A DNA stretch of 36,815 nucleotides from Gemmatimonadales bacterium (GCA_044221825.1 JBGAOL010000001.1:1-36815); one strand, 5' to 3'; shown: positions 24,722 to 33,560, counted from the first letter of the stretch. The notes: generated by a model from the sequence alone, not told the origin. Program-made: numbers and translations.

Positions 24722-26414
24722 ATGGCCGAGCCCCGGCAGCCCTCACTCACCACCATCACCATCCCCAAGTGGCGGACGGCGGTGAACCGCTTCCGCCAGG
24801 AGCGCTCCGGCGGGAGCGGCCGCTTCCTGCTGCTCACGCTCGTGGCCCTCGGCTGCTGGCTTGGGATCTTCGGCGTGGTGTTCCGGGTGCTCCGCTACCT
24901 CCAGTCCACGAGCGAGGTGGGCGTGCCGCTGGCCGCGAAGGGGCTGAGCATCCTGCTCCTCTCGTTTGCGTCGCTGCTGCTCCTCTCCAACCTCGTCACC
25001 GCCCTCTCGGCGTTCTTCCTGGCCAAGGACCTGGACCTGCTGGTCTCCTCGCCGGTGGACTGGCTGCACCTCTACCTGGCCAAGCTGGGCGAGACGCTGC
25101 TCCACTCCTCGTGGATGGTGGCGCTGATCGCGGTGCCGATCTTCACGGCGTACGGGCTGGTGTTCGACGGCGGGTTCCTCTTCCCGCTGGTGGTCATTGG
25201 CGCGCTGGTGCCGTACTTCGTGCTGCCGTCGGTGGTGGGGTGCGCGTTCACGCTCATCCTGGTGAACGTCTTCCCCGCGCGGCGCACCCGGGACCTCCTG
25301 AGCCTCATCGCCATCGGGGCGGTGGGCGGTCTGGTGCTGCTGTTCCGGCTGGTGCGGCCGGAGCGGCTGTCGCGGCCCGAGGGGATGCGGAACCTCATCG
25401 ACTACCTGCAGGGCCTGCAGGCGCCGACCAGCCCGTTCCTGCCCAGCGAGTGGGCCTCGCAGATGATCATGAACTGGCTGCAGCGCACCGCCGACCCGCT
25501 GCCGGTGCTCCTGCTCTGGAGCACCGCGGCGGCGTTCGTGGTGCTCGGCGCCATGCTGCACGGGCGCCTCTATCACGGGGGCTTCAGCAAGGCGCAGGAG
25601 GGGGCGGAGCGCTTCGTGCAGGGGAAGCACTGGTCGGGGATCGGGGCGCGGCTCTTCCGCTCCATGCCGGCGGCCCGGCGCGAGTTCGTGCTCAAGGACA
25701 TCCGGCTCTTCTTCCGCGACACCACGCAGTGGAGCCAGCTCATCCTCCTGGCGGTGCTGCTCGTGGTGTACGTGTTCAACATCAAGTCCCTGCCGCTCTT
25801 CAGTGGCGAGAAGGTGCCGGTGTTCCTGGTGACGCTGGTGGTGTTCCTGAACCTCGGGCTGGCCGGCTTCGTGCTCGCGGCCATCGCGGCGCGCTTCGTC
25901 TTCCCCGCGGTCTCGCTCGAGGGGAAGCAGATGTGGCTCCTCCGCTCGAGCCCGCTCGACCTGCGCGCGCTCCTCTGGAGCAAGTACTGGACGGGGACGG
26001 TCCCGCTCCTGGTGCTGGCCGTGGCCATCACGGCCGGCACCAACCTGCTGCTGCAGGCCACGCCGTTCATGATGGTGGTGAGCCTCGGCACCATCGTGCT
26101 CTTCACCTTCGCGCTGAGCGCGCTGGCGCTCTGCTTCGGCGCCCTCTACCCGCGCTTCGACACCGAGAACGCGGCCCAGATCCCCACCAGCTTCGGCGGG
26201 CTCGTGTTCATGATGTCCGCGGTGGTGCTCCTCGGCCTGGTGCTGGTGCTCGAGGCCACCCCGGTGCTCGGCTACCTCCGCGCCCAGTTCGCCGGCGAGG
26301 ACGCCTCCCTGGGCCTCGGGATGGTCGCGTCGCTCGGCGGCGTGGTGCTGCTCTGCGGGCTCTGCACCGTCATCCCCCTCCGCATCGGCCTCCATGGAGG
26401 CGATGGAGTTCTAG
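24722..26414 (+). CDS. Polytopic ABC-exporter permease (putative ABC exporter family); 3' end uncertain and probably frameshifted
   Basis: The ATG at 24722 lies 3 nt after the ATPase stop. About 555 aa follow with 10 or more hydrophobic helices. The in-frame reading runs on to 26857 as Pro/Arg/Ala-rich sequence antisense to the Rieske gene. A one-base frame hop around 26385-26400 gives ..MEAMEF-TAG (26412-26414), which I take as the likely true end. The annotated length is therefore not a multiple of 3. Confidence 0.65.
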
Positions 26415-26475
26415 CTGGCTGCGGGCTCCCCGCGCGGCCGAGACCGGGAACCACTCGAGCCGCCCGGCCGCCCGC

Positions 26476-27264
26476 TCAACCTCGCAGTTGTACCTCTCCG
26501 GCAACCACATCGACCGGGAAGGTCGCGACCGGTTCGGTGGCCGGCCCCGCCCGCACCACGCCCGTCCGTACGTCGAACTGCGACCCGTGCCAGGGGCACT
26601 GCACCGTGCCGCAGGCCAGCGTCCCCCGGCCAGGCTCCCGCCCTTGTGGGTGCAGCGGTCCTCGAAGCACGCAAATCCGTCCTCGGTCCGCGCCAGCACC
26701 AGCCGGCGGTCCCGGAAGCGCAGCAGCTTCATCTGCCCCACCTCGAGTTCCCCCTCCGCCGCCACCACCGTGGGCCCGCCGACGTTGCGCTCGAGCGTCA
26801 GCTCCCGCCAGCGACCGGCCCGGGCATACCGGTTCTCGACCCCCAGCTGGTTCTTGAAGGCGAGCTCGCCGCCGAGCCAGCCGGAGACGGCGAGCAGCGC
26901 AGTCCCCAACCGCTTCGAGGAGGAGCACCGTGGACAGCCGCGGCACCGGCTCTCCCCGCACCAGCAGGGCGGCGCCGAAGAGCACGATCACGCCGACATT
27001 GAGCACCAGGTGCAGCGTGGCGCGGTTCCGCGCCGAGCTGCGGGGTGGCACCACCCGCAGGTAGTCGAGGAGCCCGGGCACCGCCGCCACCACGGCGGTC
27101 AGCACGCCGAGGAGCGCCAGGTAGTACCCGGTGGTCCAGAAGGCCCCCTGCCCGGTGAGCCAGTAGGCCACGTCGAAGCCGAAGGCTCCCGTGAGGAAGG
27201 CAATCGGGAAGGCGACAAGCATGGGGTGGATCGGATGGCCCTTCAGGTGGGCGGCGCTGCGCAT
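26476..27264 (-). pseudogene. DUF2231-like membrane domain fused to a Rieske [2Fe-2S] domain; carries two compensating frameshifts
   Basis: From the ATG at 27264: MRSAAHLKGHPIHPMLVAFPIAFLTGAFGFDVAYW..LHLVLNVGVIVLFGAALLV..STVLLLEAVG (frame 1). Near 26904-26907 it continues as TALLAVSGWLGGELAFKNQLGV..KLLRFRDRRLVLARTEDGFACFEDRCTHKGGSLAGG (frame 2). Near 26623-26627 it returns to frame 1: TLACGTVQCPWHGSQFDVRTGVVRAGPATEPVATFPVDVVAGEVQLRG-stop. Only this path gives the Rieske signature C-x-H-x16-C-x-x-H. Confidence 0.65.
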
Positions 27265-27541
27265 GGGCGGGGCTCCGGTCGGCGCGGGGAGGGGACGGTC
27301 GTGGCCCGTCCTGGCGCCGGGACAGCTGCGTCCGCCGGGCGCCCGGCCCCGCCGCGCGTACCGCGGGGCCGCGCATGGGGACGTCGACCGCCCCGCCACC
27401 TGACAAGCACCGCGCCGCCCGCCTAGGCGTGCGTGTTTTTGGACCGGCCTGCGTTGGAATGCGACCGGTCTTTCGGGGGAGAGGCCCTACTGTGGGCGCG
27501 CCGTCATGCCACGCGCTGCACCCCGTCCCCGGAGGCTGTCC

Positions 27542-28738
27542 ATGTCGTTCCGCCGCACTGCCGCCCTCTGCACCCTCCTCGTCGCCACCGCCTGCGCCGA
27601 GCGTGGCGAGGAAGGCCCGCCCACCGCCCCGGCCACGCCGGCCCCGCCGGTGGCACAGGCCGTCACCCCCGAAACCCGCGAACTCGAGGGCGTGGCCCGC
27701 CGCCTGGCCCTCGCCCTGGCGGACCCCGGCTTCCGGGCCCGCCTGCGCTCCCGCCTCGAGGGCTCCCCCATTCGCGAGCACAAGCTGCACCTGCAGCGCG
27801 ACCTCGCCGCCGGCGGCGGCCGGGAGCGCCGCGAGCTGGCCCGCCTCACCCGGGAATCCGACCGGAGCGTGGACTCCCTCCTCGCCGCCACCCGTGGCCT
27901 CGAGATGTACTTCCCGGTTCCCGCCCACCGGGCCGCCTGGCAGGGCGGCCCCAACCTCCTGGTGGCCACCGCCGCCCGGGACCACGACGTGCCCGTCGCC
28001 TTCGACGTCCAGGGCCGCCGCATCCTCCTCGATCCCGACACGCCGCCCACCACCCCCGTCCTCGCCGTGGTCCCGGTGGAGACCGACTTCGATCGCCCGC
28101 TCCGGACCGCCAGTGCCACCTGCACCAACTGCAGTGCCGACGGCGGGAGCGGCGCGGTCGGGGGCCTCTACATGACCAAGGCCAAGTTCTTCTCGGATTT
28201 TGAGGGTTGGTTGAAGGGGAGTCCCGAGTTTGAGGTGCACATCATGGGACAGAAGACCACCAGCGACTCCCTGACCCGCTACGCCTGCGCGGGCGAGCAC
28301 GAGCCGGCGCTGTACAACTGGGACGGCGGCACCGACTGGACCGGCACCGTCCTCCTCTTCAGCCGGGCCCAGATCGACGCCTACCAGGCGGCGCACCCCA
28401 ACGAGGCCTTCCGCATCGTGGCCATGGAAGACGACAACACCGCCTGCGAGCTCAAGATCAGCGACAGCCTCTGGAGCGACTTCATCAGCGCCATCGGCCC
28501 GCTCTACCGGGACATGACCGGCGCCGTGGACACCGGCGACCCCAACCACGTCCTGCGGGCCGGCAAGAGCCTCAAGAACGTGCTCACGGCCGTCATGAAC
28601 CTGATCAAGACCAACGACGACCTCATCGGCACGGCCATCGAGGGCCGGATCACCGGCGAGTCGCGCACCGGGTTCAACTGGGTCCTCAAGGCCGACGGCG
28701 GCACCACCAACGGCTGGCTCAACCTCGTCGTGCAATAG
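27542..28738 (+). CDS. Lipoprotein of unknown function
   Basis: The track ORF 27506-28738 was trimmed to the ATG at 27542, giving 398 aa. Lipobox MSFRRTAALCTLLVATAC. The N-terminal half is Arg/Leu-rich and helical. The C-terminal half (YMTKAKFFSDFEGWLKGSPEFEVHIMG..NGWLNLVVQ) belongs to no family I can name. Confidence 0.65.
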   Translation: MSFRRTAALCTLLVATACAERGEEGPPTAPATPAPPVAQAVTPETRELEGVARRLALALADPGFRARLRSRLEGSPIREHKLHLQRDLAAGGGRERRELARLTRESDRSVDSLLAATRGLEMYFPVPAHRAAWQGGPNLLVATAARDHDVPVAFDVQGRRILLDPDTPPTTPVLAVVPVETDFDRPLRTASATCTNCSADGGSGAVGGLYMTKAKFFSDFEGWLKGSPEFEVHIMGQKTTSDSLTRYACAGEHEPALYNWDGGTDWTGTVLLFSRAQIDAYQAAHPNEAFRIVAMEDDNTACELKISDSLWSDFISAIGPLYRDMTGAVDTGDPNHVLRAGKSLKNVLTAVMNLIKTNDDLIGTAIEGRITGESRTGFNWVLKADGGTTNGWLNLVVQ

Positions 28739-28744
28739 TCAGGC

Positions 28745-28772
28745 GCCCCGGGCCGCGTCCGCGGCCCGGGGC
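28745..28772 (+). terminator. Perfect 13-bp GC-rich inverted repeat just after the lipoprotein gene stop (no U-tract)
   Basis: gccccgggccgcg (28745-28757), tc, cgcggcccggggc (28760-28772). It starts 7 nt after the TAG at 28736-28738 and is followed by the AAGGAG Shine-Dalgarno site (28787-28792) of the next gene. Confidence 0.4.
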
Positions 28773-28797
28773 ATCCCGGCCCCTCCAAGGAGATTCC

Positions 28798-29427
28798 ATG
28801 CGCCACCCGCTTCGCGTCGTCGCCCTGCTCGGCCTCACCCTGGCCCCACTCGGACTGCCCACCGGGCTCGTGGCCCAGCGCCCCGGCCGCTGGTCCCTCC
28901 ACGTCGCCGCCAGCCATGAGAGCTTCAGCGGCGCCTCGCGCGACACCACGACCATCCCGGGGGCCCCCGTGGACGTGCATCCCGCCCCGCGCCTCGCGCT
29001 CGAGCTCGGGATCGGACGCCGCTTCGGCGCCTGGGAACTGACGCTGGACGGGGCCTACGCGCCGGGCAACCTGCGGGCGGTCACCGATGCGCTGGCGCTC
29101 GACAATCGTGATGGTGGAGTGGACCGGTACCGGCTGGCCCTGCGGCTGGGCCACGAGCTCGCCCGGCTCCCCGCCGCCCGGTTGCTGGTGGAGGCGGGGG
29201 TGGCCACCGACCACTGGGCCATCTCCGACGGCTCTGGCCGCACCACCCTCGCCGGGCAGGGGGGCCTGCGCCTCCGGGTGCCGCTCGGCCGCGGCTTTGC
29301 CCTGGAACAGAGCGCGCTCTTCACGCTGGGGGGGACCCCCTTCGCGAAGAGCGCGTTGCCGCCGGAGGCGGAACTGTCGTCCCTCAAGACCTGGAGCCTC
29401 GGCGTGGGGCTCCGGCGCGGCTGGTGA
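28798..29427 (+). CDS. Small outer-membrane beta-barrel protein (putative)
   Basis: Track ORF of 209 aa. Signal peptide MRHPLRVVALLGLTLAPLGLPTGLVAQ, alternating-polarity strands (WSLHVAASHE, LALELGIGRRF, WELTLDGAYA, RLALRLGHEL, LLVEAGVATDHW, GLRLRVPL), and a C-terminal WSLGVGLRRGW ending in an aromatic residue. Confidence 0.6.
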   Translation: MRHPLRVVALLGLTLAPLGLPTGLVAQRPGRWSLHVAASHESFSGASRDTTTIPGAPVDVHPAPRLALELGIGRRFGAWELTLDGAYAPGNLRAVTDALALDNRDGGVDRYRLALRLGHELARLPAARLLVEAGVATDHWAISDGSGRTTLAGQGGLRLRVPLGRGFALEQSALFTLGGTPFAKSALPPEAELSSLKTWSLGVGLRRGW

Positions 29428-29955
29428 TCAGGCCTGCGCCACCGCCGAGCCGCAGCTCTCGCAGAACCGGCTGCCGGGTACCAGCGCCGCCCCGCATGAG
29501 CCACAGCCACCAATGGTCAGCGAGCGCCCGCAGCCCGAGCAGAACAGGGCATCCCCCTCGGGCCGCGGGCCGCACGCCGGGCACTTCACGGCCCCCGCCT
29601 CGAGCGCGCGCACCCGGTCGGCGATCATCGCCTCCACGGCATCCCCGGTGGCCCCGGCCGCCACGGGGGCGGGCGTCGCGGCCGGCGTGGGCGCCTCGCG
29701 CCGGAGCACATCCAACGCCTCGGCGGTGTACTTGGCCTTGAGCGCGGCGTAGTCCTCGTCGGACAGCTTGCCGGTGGCCCGGTCAAACTCGATCTCCCGG
29801 AGTGCGGCGAGCGCCATGCCCTTCGGCGTCTCCTCCAGGTCTTCGGGCTCGTCGGCCCCAATCTGGGCCGCCTGGCTGCCGCCGAGGAGCGGCCCGAGCA
29901 GCAGGGCCACGACGGCGAGGGCCACGAGGACCGCGGCGATGGCTTCGTAGATCAC
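29428..29955 (-). CDS. CcmI N-terminal-like membrane protein with a C-terminal double zinc ribbon
   Basis: Track ORF of 175 aa. The GTG start overlaps the ccmH stop (GTGA). TM helix IYEAIAAVLVALAVVALLLGPLL, then ALAALREIEFDRATGKLSDEDYAALKAKYTAEAL, which resembles the cytoplasmic segment of CcmI. Cys pairs follow: CPACG..CSGCG and CGSCG..CESCG. Confidence 0.6.
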   Translation of the reverse strand: MIYEAIAAVLVALAVVALLLGPLLGGSQAAQIGADEPEDLEETPKGMALAALREIEFDRATGKLSDEDYAALKAKYTAEALDVLRREAPTPAATPAPVAAGATGDAVEAMIADRVRALEAGAVKCPACGPRPEGDALFCSGCGRSLTIGGCGSCGAALVPGSRFCESCGSAVAQA

Positions 29956-30584
29956 GGATCGAGCTCCCGGAGTTCGCGCTCGAGGCGCGCCAGCTCCTCA
30001 GGGGTGCCCGTGCTGCCCGGCAGCACCGGAACACCCGGATCAATGGGCCCCGCCGACGTCCCCGGCGCCGCGCCCGCGAGGGCCGCCTGCCGGGTCAGGG
30101 AACGGCGGCGCAGGATGGCGGTCAGGACTGCCCCGGCCGTGAGGATCGCAACCCCCGGGACCACGTACCCGGCGATGTTGAAGCCCTCGGCCTTCGGCGC
30201 CATCAGCACATCCTCGCCGTACTTGGCCACGAAGGCGGCGATGATCTCGTCGCCCGTCTTCCCCTCATCCTGCAGCGCCAGCACTTCCTTGTGGAGCTGC
30301 GGGGAGTAGGTGCAGGTGAAGTCCGTGGTCCGGCAGGTGTAGATGTCGAGCGTGCAGCCGCAGGTGCACTGCAGCCGGTGCTCGAGGGCCTTCACGAACT
30401 CGTCGTTGTCCCGGTCGGTGGCGCGCTCGCGCGCGCGGCCCGCCGAGACCGGGTCGCGGAGCAGCCCGGCCTCGCCCTGGCCGGCCAGCGGCTCCGCCTG
30501 CTGGGCACTCAACAGGAGCGGGCCGCCAAGCACCACGAGGCCCGCCGCGGCGCCGCGGCGGAGCAGGTCTCGGCGCGTGGTCAC
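29952..30584 (-). CDS. ccmH: Cytochrome c-type biogenesis protein CcmH (variant Cys motif)
   Basis: The track ORF 29952-30713 was trimmed to the GTG at 30584, which overlaps the ccmF stop (GTGA), giving 210 aa. Tat-like N-terminus VTTRRDLLRRGAAAGLVVLG. CcmH core LEHRLQCTCGCTLDIYTCRTTDFTCTYSPQLHKEVLALQDEGKTGDEIIAAFVAKYGEDVLMAPKAEGFNIAGYVVP plus a TM helix. Confidence 0.75.
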   Translation of the reverse strand: MTTRRDLLRRGAAAGLVVLGGPLLLSAQQAEPLAGQGEAGLLRDPVSAGRARERATDRDNDEFVKALEHRLQCTCGCTLDIYTCRTTDFTCTYSPQLHKEVLALQDEGKTGDEIIAAFVAKYGEDVLMAPKAEGFNIAGYVVPGVAILTAGAVLTAILRRRSLTRQAALAGAAPGTSAGPIDPGVPVLPGSTGTPEELARLERELRELDP

Positions 30585-32626
30585 GAGGCGCTCCCGGCGC
30601 CCGCCAGCTGCACTTCGTAGCCCGCCTGCGCCCGGCGGGTGACGCCCGCCCCGGCGCTGCCCGGCCACATCGTCACCAGGCCGCCGATCACCAGGATCAC
30701 CCCGCCCATCCACACCCAGAGCACCAGCGGGTTGATGGTGAAGCGATAGACCGCCTCCTCGGTGCCCTGCACCGAGCCGGCATACACGATGTAGAGATCC
30801 TCCTGCATGCCGCTCCGGATGCCCACCTCCGTGGACGGCTCAAATGACTTCTGCCGGACACCGGGGGCCGGTTCGGAGAAGTGCTGGCGCTTCTCGGAGT
30901 TGATGACGCCGATCGGCTTGCCGTCCTTGCTCACCTGCACCGACGCCTGCGTCACCACGCGATTCAGCTGCTCGAACTGCGACACGCCGAGGTGGGTGAA
31001 GGTGTAGGTGTGGCCGTAGGGGCTCTTGAGGGTGGCCGTCTCGCCCGGCTTGAGGGTGGCTTCCATCTCCGTCTTGAACGCCATCCCCGCGAACGCCACG
31101 AACATGATCACCATGCCCGCGTGCACGATGTAGCCGCCGTAGCGCCGCCGGTTCCGTGCCACCAGCTGGCCGAAGGCCATGGGCCACGCCTCCCCGTACA
31201 TCTTGTGCCGCGCCCGGGTGCCGCGCGCAAACTCCTGCACCAGCGTCCCCGTGGTGAAGGCGCCGAGCGCGATGGCCATCACCGCGTAGAAGTCCCGGCT
31301 CCCCGTGGCCACCATGACGATCCCCGCCACGAGCCCCGTGAGCACCGGCCAGGTGAACTGCCGCTTGAGGTTGGCCGTCGAGGCCTTCCGCCAGGCGATG
31401 AGCGGCCCGATGCCCGTCAGCATCAGCAGGAGGAGGCCCAGCGGGACGTTCACCTTGTTGAAGAACGGCGGGCCCACCGTGATCTTGGTGCCCCGCACCG
31501 CCTCGGACAGGATGGGGAAGAGCGTCCCCCACAGCACCGAGAACGCGATGCCCACCAGCAGCAGGTTGTTGAAGAGGAACGCCGCCTCCCGGCTCACCAT
31601 GCTCTCCAGCTGCACGTCCGCCTCGAGCCGGTCCCAGCGCGTGTAGAGGAGGGTGAAGCCGAGGATGCCCGAGATGAGCAGGAAGGCCAGGAAGAAGTAC
31701 CCCACGTTGGACTGCGTGAAGCTGTGCACGCTGGCGATGACGCCGCTCCGCGTGATGAACGTGCCGAAGATGCTGAGCAGGAAGGACCCCACGATCAGCG
31801 CCATGTTCCAGCGCTTGAGCATCCCCCGCTTCTCCTGGATCATCACCGAGTGCAGGAACGCCGACATGGTGAGCCACGGCAGCAGGCTCGCGTTCTCCAC
31901 CGGGTCCCAGGCCCAGTACCCGCCCCAGCCCAGCTCCACGTACGCCCACCACATCCCGAGCACGATGCCGATGCTCAGGAACAGCCACGACATGATGGTC
32001 CACTTCCGGATGGCGTGCAGCCACCCCGTGTCCACCCGCCGCGACAGCAGCGCCGCGATGGCGAAGGCGAACGGGATGGTGATGCTGATGTACCCCAGGT
32101 AGAGCATCGGCGGGTGGATGATCATGCCGATGTTCTGCAGCTGCGGATTGAGCCCGTTCCCGTCCGGCGGCGTGAACGGCAGCCGCTCGAAGGGGTTGGA
32201 GGCGAAGAGCATGACGACGATGAAGAACGACACCACCCCGCTGGTGACCGCCGCCACGTACGGCAGCAGCGCCCGGTAGCGGGCCGAGGTGAGCCACTGC
32301 GCGGCCGAGGAGAAGCCCGAGAGCACCACCGCCCAGAACAGCAGCGACCCCTTCTGCCCCGCCCAGAAGGCCGAGACGATGAAGTAGTCGGGCAGGTTCC
32401 GCGAGGTGTAGCTGGCCACGTACTCGATGTTGAAGTCGTGGCTGATGAGTCCCTTCCAGAGCGCCGCCGACGCCACCAGCATCACGGCGAACATGGCGTG
32501 CGTGGCCCGGGTGACGCTCACCGCGAGCGCCGGCTGCGCGTGCCAGCGGCCGGAGAAGCCCACGAGCATGGCCCAGACGCCGAGCAGGAGCCCGGTCCAG
32601 AGCGCGAAGGTGCCGAGCAGGGTCAT
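30581..32626 (-). CDS. ccmF: Cytochrome c-type biogenesis protein CcmF (System I haem lyase component)
   Basis: Track ORF of 681 aa. It is polytopic and carries the WWD signature WGGYWAWDPVENASLLPWL together with the conserved His-containing loops typical of CcmF. Confidence 0.9.
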   Translation of the reverse strand: MTLLGTFALWTGLLLGVWAMLVGFSGRWHAQPALAVSVTRATHAMFAVMLVASAALWKGLISHDFNIEYVASYTSRNLPDYFIVSAFWAGQKGSLLFWAVVLSGFSSAAQWLTSARYRALLPYVAAVTSGVVSFFIVVMLFASNPFERLPFTPPDGNGLNPQLQNIGMIIHPPMLYLGYISITIPFAFAIAALLSRRVDTGWLHAIRKWTIMSWLFLSIGIVLGMWWAYVELGWGGYWAWDPVENASLLPWLTMSAFLHSVMIQEKRGMLKRWNMALIVGSFLLSIFGTFITRSGVIASVHSFTQSNVGYFFLAFLLISGILGFTLLYTRWDRLEADVQLESMVSREAAFLFNNLLLVGIAFSVLWGTLFPILSEAVRGTKITVGPPFFNKVNVPLGLLLLMLTGIGPLIAWRKASTANLKRQFTWPVLTGLVAGIVMVATGSRDFYAVMAIALGAFTTGTLVQEFARGTRARHKMYGEAWPMAFGQLVARNRRRYGGYIVHAGMVIMFVAFAGMAFKTEMEATLKPGETATLKSPYGHTYTFTHLGVSQFEQLNRVVTQASVQVSKDGKPIGVINSEKRQHFSEPAPGVRQKSFEPSTEVGIRSGMQEDLYIVYAGSVQGTEEAVYRFTINPLVLWVWMGGVILVIGGLVTMWPGSAGAGVTRRAQAGYEVQLAGAGSAS

Positions 32627-33420
32627 GGAGTGCTGCCTCCCGTCGCTTCACGGGCATTGGCCAGGAAGTCGGCCAGCGCCCGGGGGTGTTCGGTGTATTC
32701 GACGCGGGCCGCCTTCTGCTCCGCGTCGTAGTGGGCCAGGAAGTCCTTGTACGCCCGCTTGAGGCCGGCGCTGTCCTGCTGGAACCGCGCCAGGGTCCCC
32801 TTCACCACGTAGCCGAAGAGGTGGCCCGGCTGCTTCTTGAGGATCGTGTCGGCCAGGGCGGACGCCTCCGCTACCCCGCCCGTGTGCAGGTAGATCAGCG
32901 CCGCGTGGTAGCGGGCGTCCGCGTCCACTGAGTCGAGCTCGGCGTAGGACGCCAGCGCCATCGGCGCGAACATTCCCACCGACGCCTCATCCCCGCGCTC
33001 CGAACTCCGCATGATCCGATTGAACAGCGCGTCGAACCGCTGCTCGGGCGTCATGGCCGCGAGGTCGGCCGCCGAAAACCCGTCGTCGGGGGCCTGAGGC
33101 CGGGCCGCGGCCGTGGCGGGGGCCGGCTGGCCCGCGGAGGCCACCGGCGTGCGCGTCAGGAGCAGCACCAGCGCCCCCGCCACCGCCACCGTGGCCCCGC
33201 CCGCCAGGAACCAGCGCAGCTTCTCGGCGCCGCTCGCGCCGGCAGTCCCGGCCCCGACCGTGCGCCCGCATTGATTGCAGAATCGTGCATCGGGACGAAG
33301 CGCCGCCCCGCAACTGGTGCATCCCTGGGTGGTGGGATCCGCGTGAACGGCGGCGCCGCAGTGCCGGCAGAACTTCCCGCCCGTGGCTTGCTTGCAGGAC
33401 GGACAAATTGTGGTGGTCAA
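32623..33420 (-). CDS. Double zinc-ribbon protein with a TM helix and a TPR-like periplasmic domain (CcmI C-terminal-like?)
   Basis: The track ORF 32623-33636 was trimmed to the TTG at 33420 (GGAG 6 nt upstream; there is no ATG nearby), giving 265 aa. Zinc ribbons CPSC..CRHCG and CTSCG..CNQCG. Helix WFLAGGATVAVAGALVLLL. Then ..DADARYHAALIYLHTGGVAEASALADTILKKQPGHLFGYVVKGTLARF... The stop overlaps the ccmF ATG (ATGA). Confidence 0.6.
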   Translation of the reverse strand: MTTTICPSCKQATGGKFCRHCGAAVHADPTTQGCTSCGAALRPDARFCNQCGRTVGAGTAGASGAEKLRWFLAGGATVAVAGALVLLLTRTPVASAGQPAPATAAARPQAPDDGFSAADLAAMTPEQRFDALFNRIMRSSERGDEASVGMFAPMALASYAELDSVDADARYHAALIYLHTGGVAEASALADTILKKQPGHLFGYVVKGTLARFQQDSAGLKRAYKDFLAHYDAEQKAARVEYTEHPRALADFLANAREATGGSTP

Positions 33421-33560
33421 GCTGGACTCCGCAGGTGGACCTGCCAAACCGCGTTGTATGAAGAAACCTAGGGTAGTGCGCCCCGACCGCAAGCCGCACC
33501 GCCGTGAGGGGCCGGATGCGCGGAGCCTGTTCCATGTTCTGCGGCCACCGTCGGTTCCAC

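Noticed and set aside
23954-26857. 967-aa plus-strand ORF read as one fusion protein
   Set aside because: Its first 256 aa are an out-of-frame reading of the ABC ATPase gene, and its last ~150 aa are antisense to the Rieske gene. Only 24722 to about 26400 is the permease.
24743-28735. Long minus-strand ORFs 24743-26395 (550 aa) and 26798-28735 (645 aa)
   Set aside because: They lie antisense to the polytopic permease and the lipoprotein gene respectively. They are His/Glu/Arg/Gly-rich with no domain signatures.
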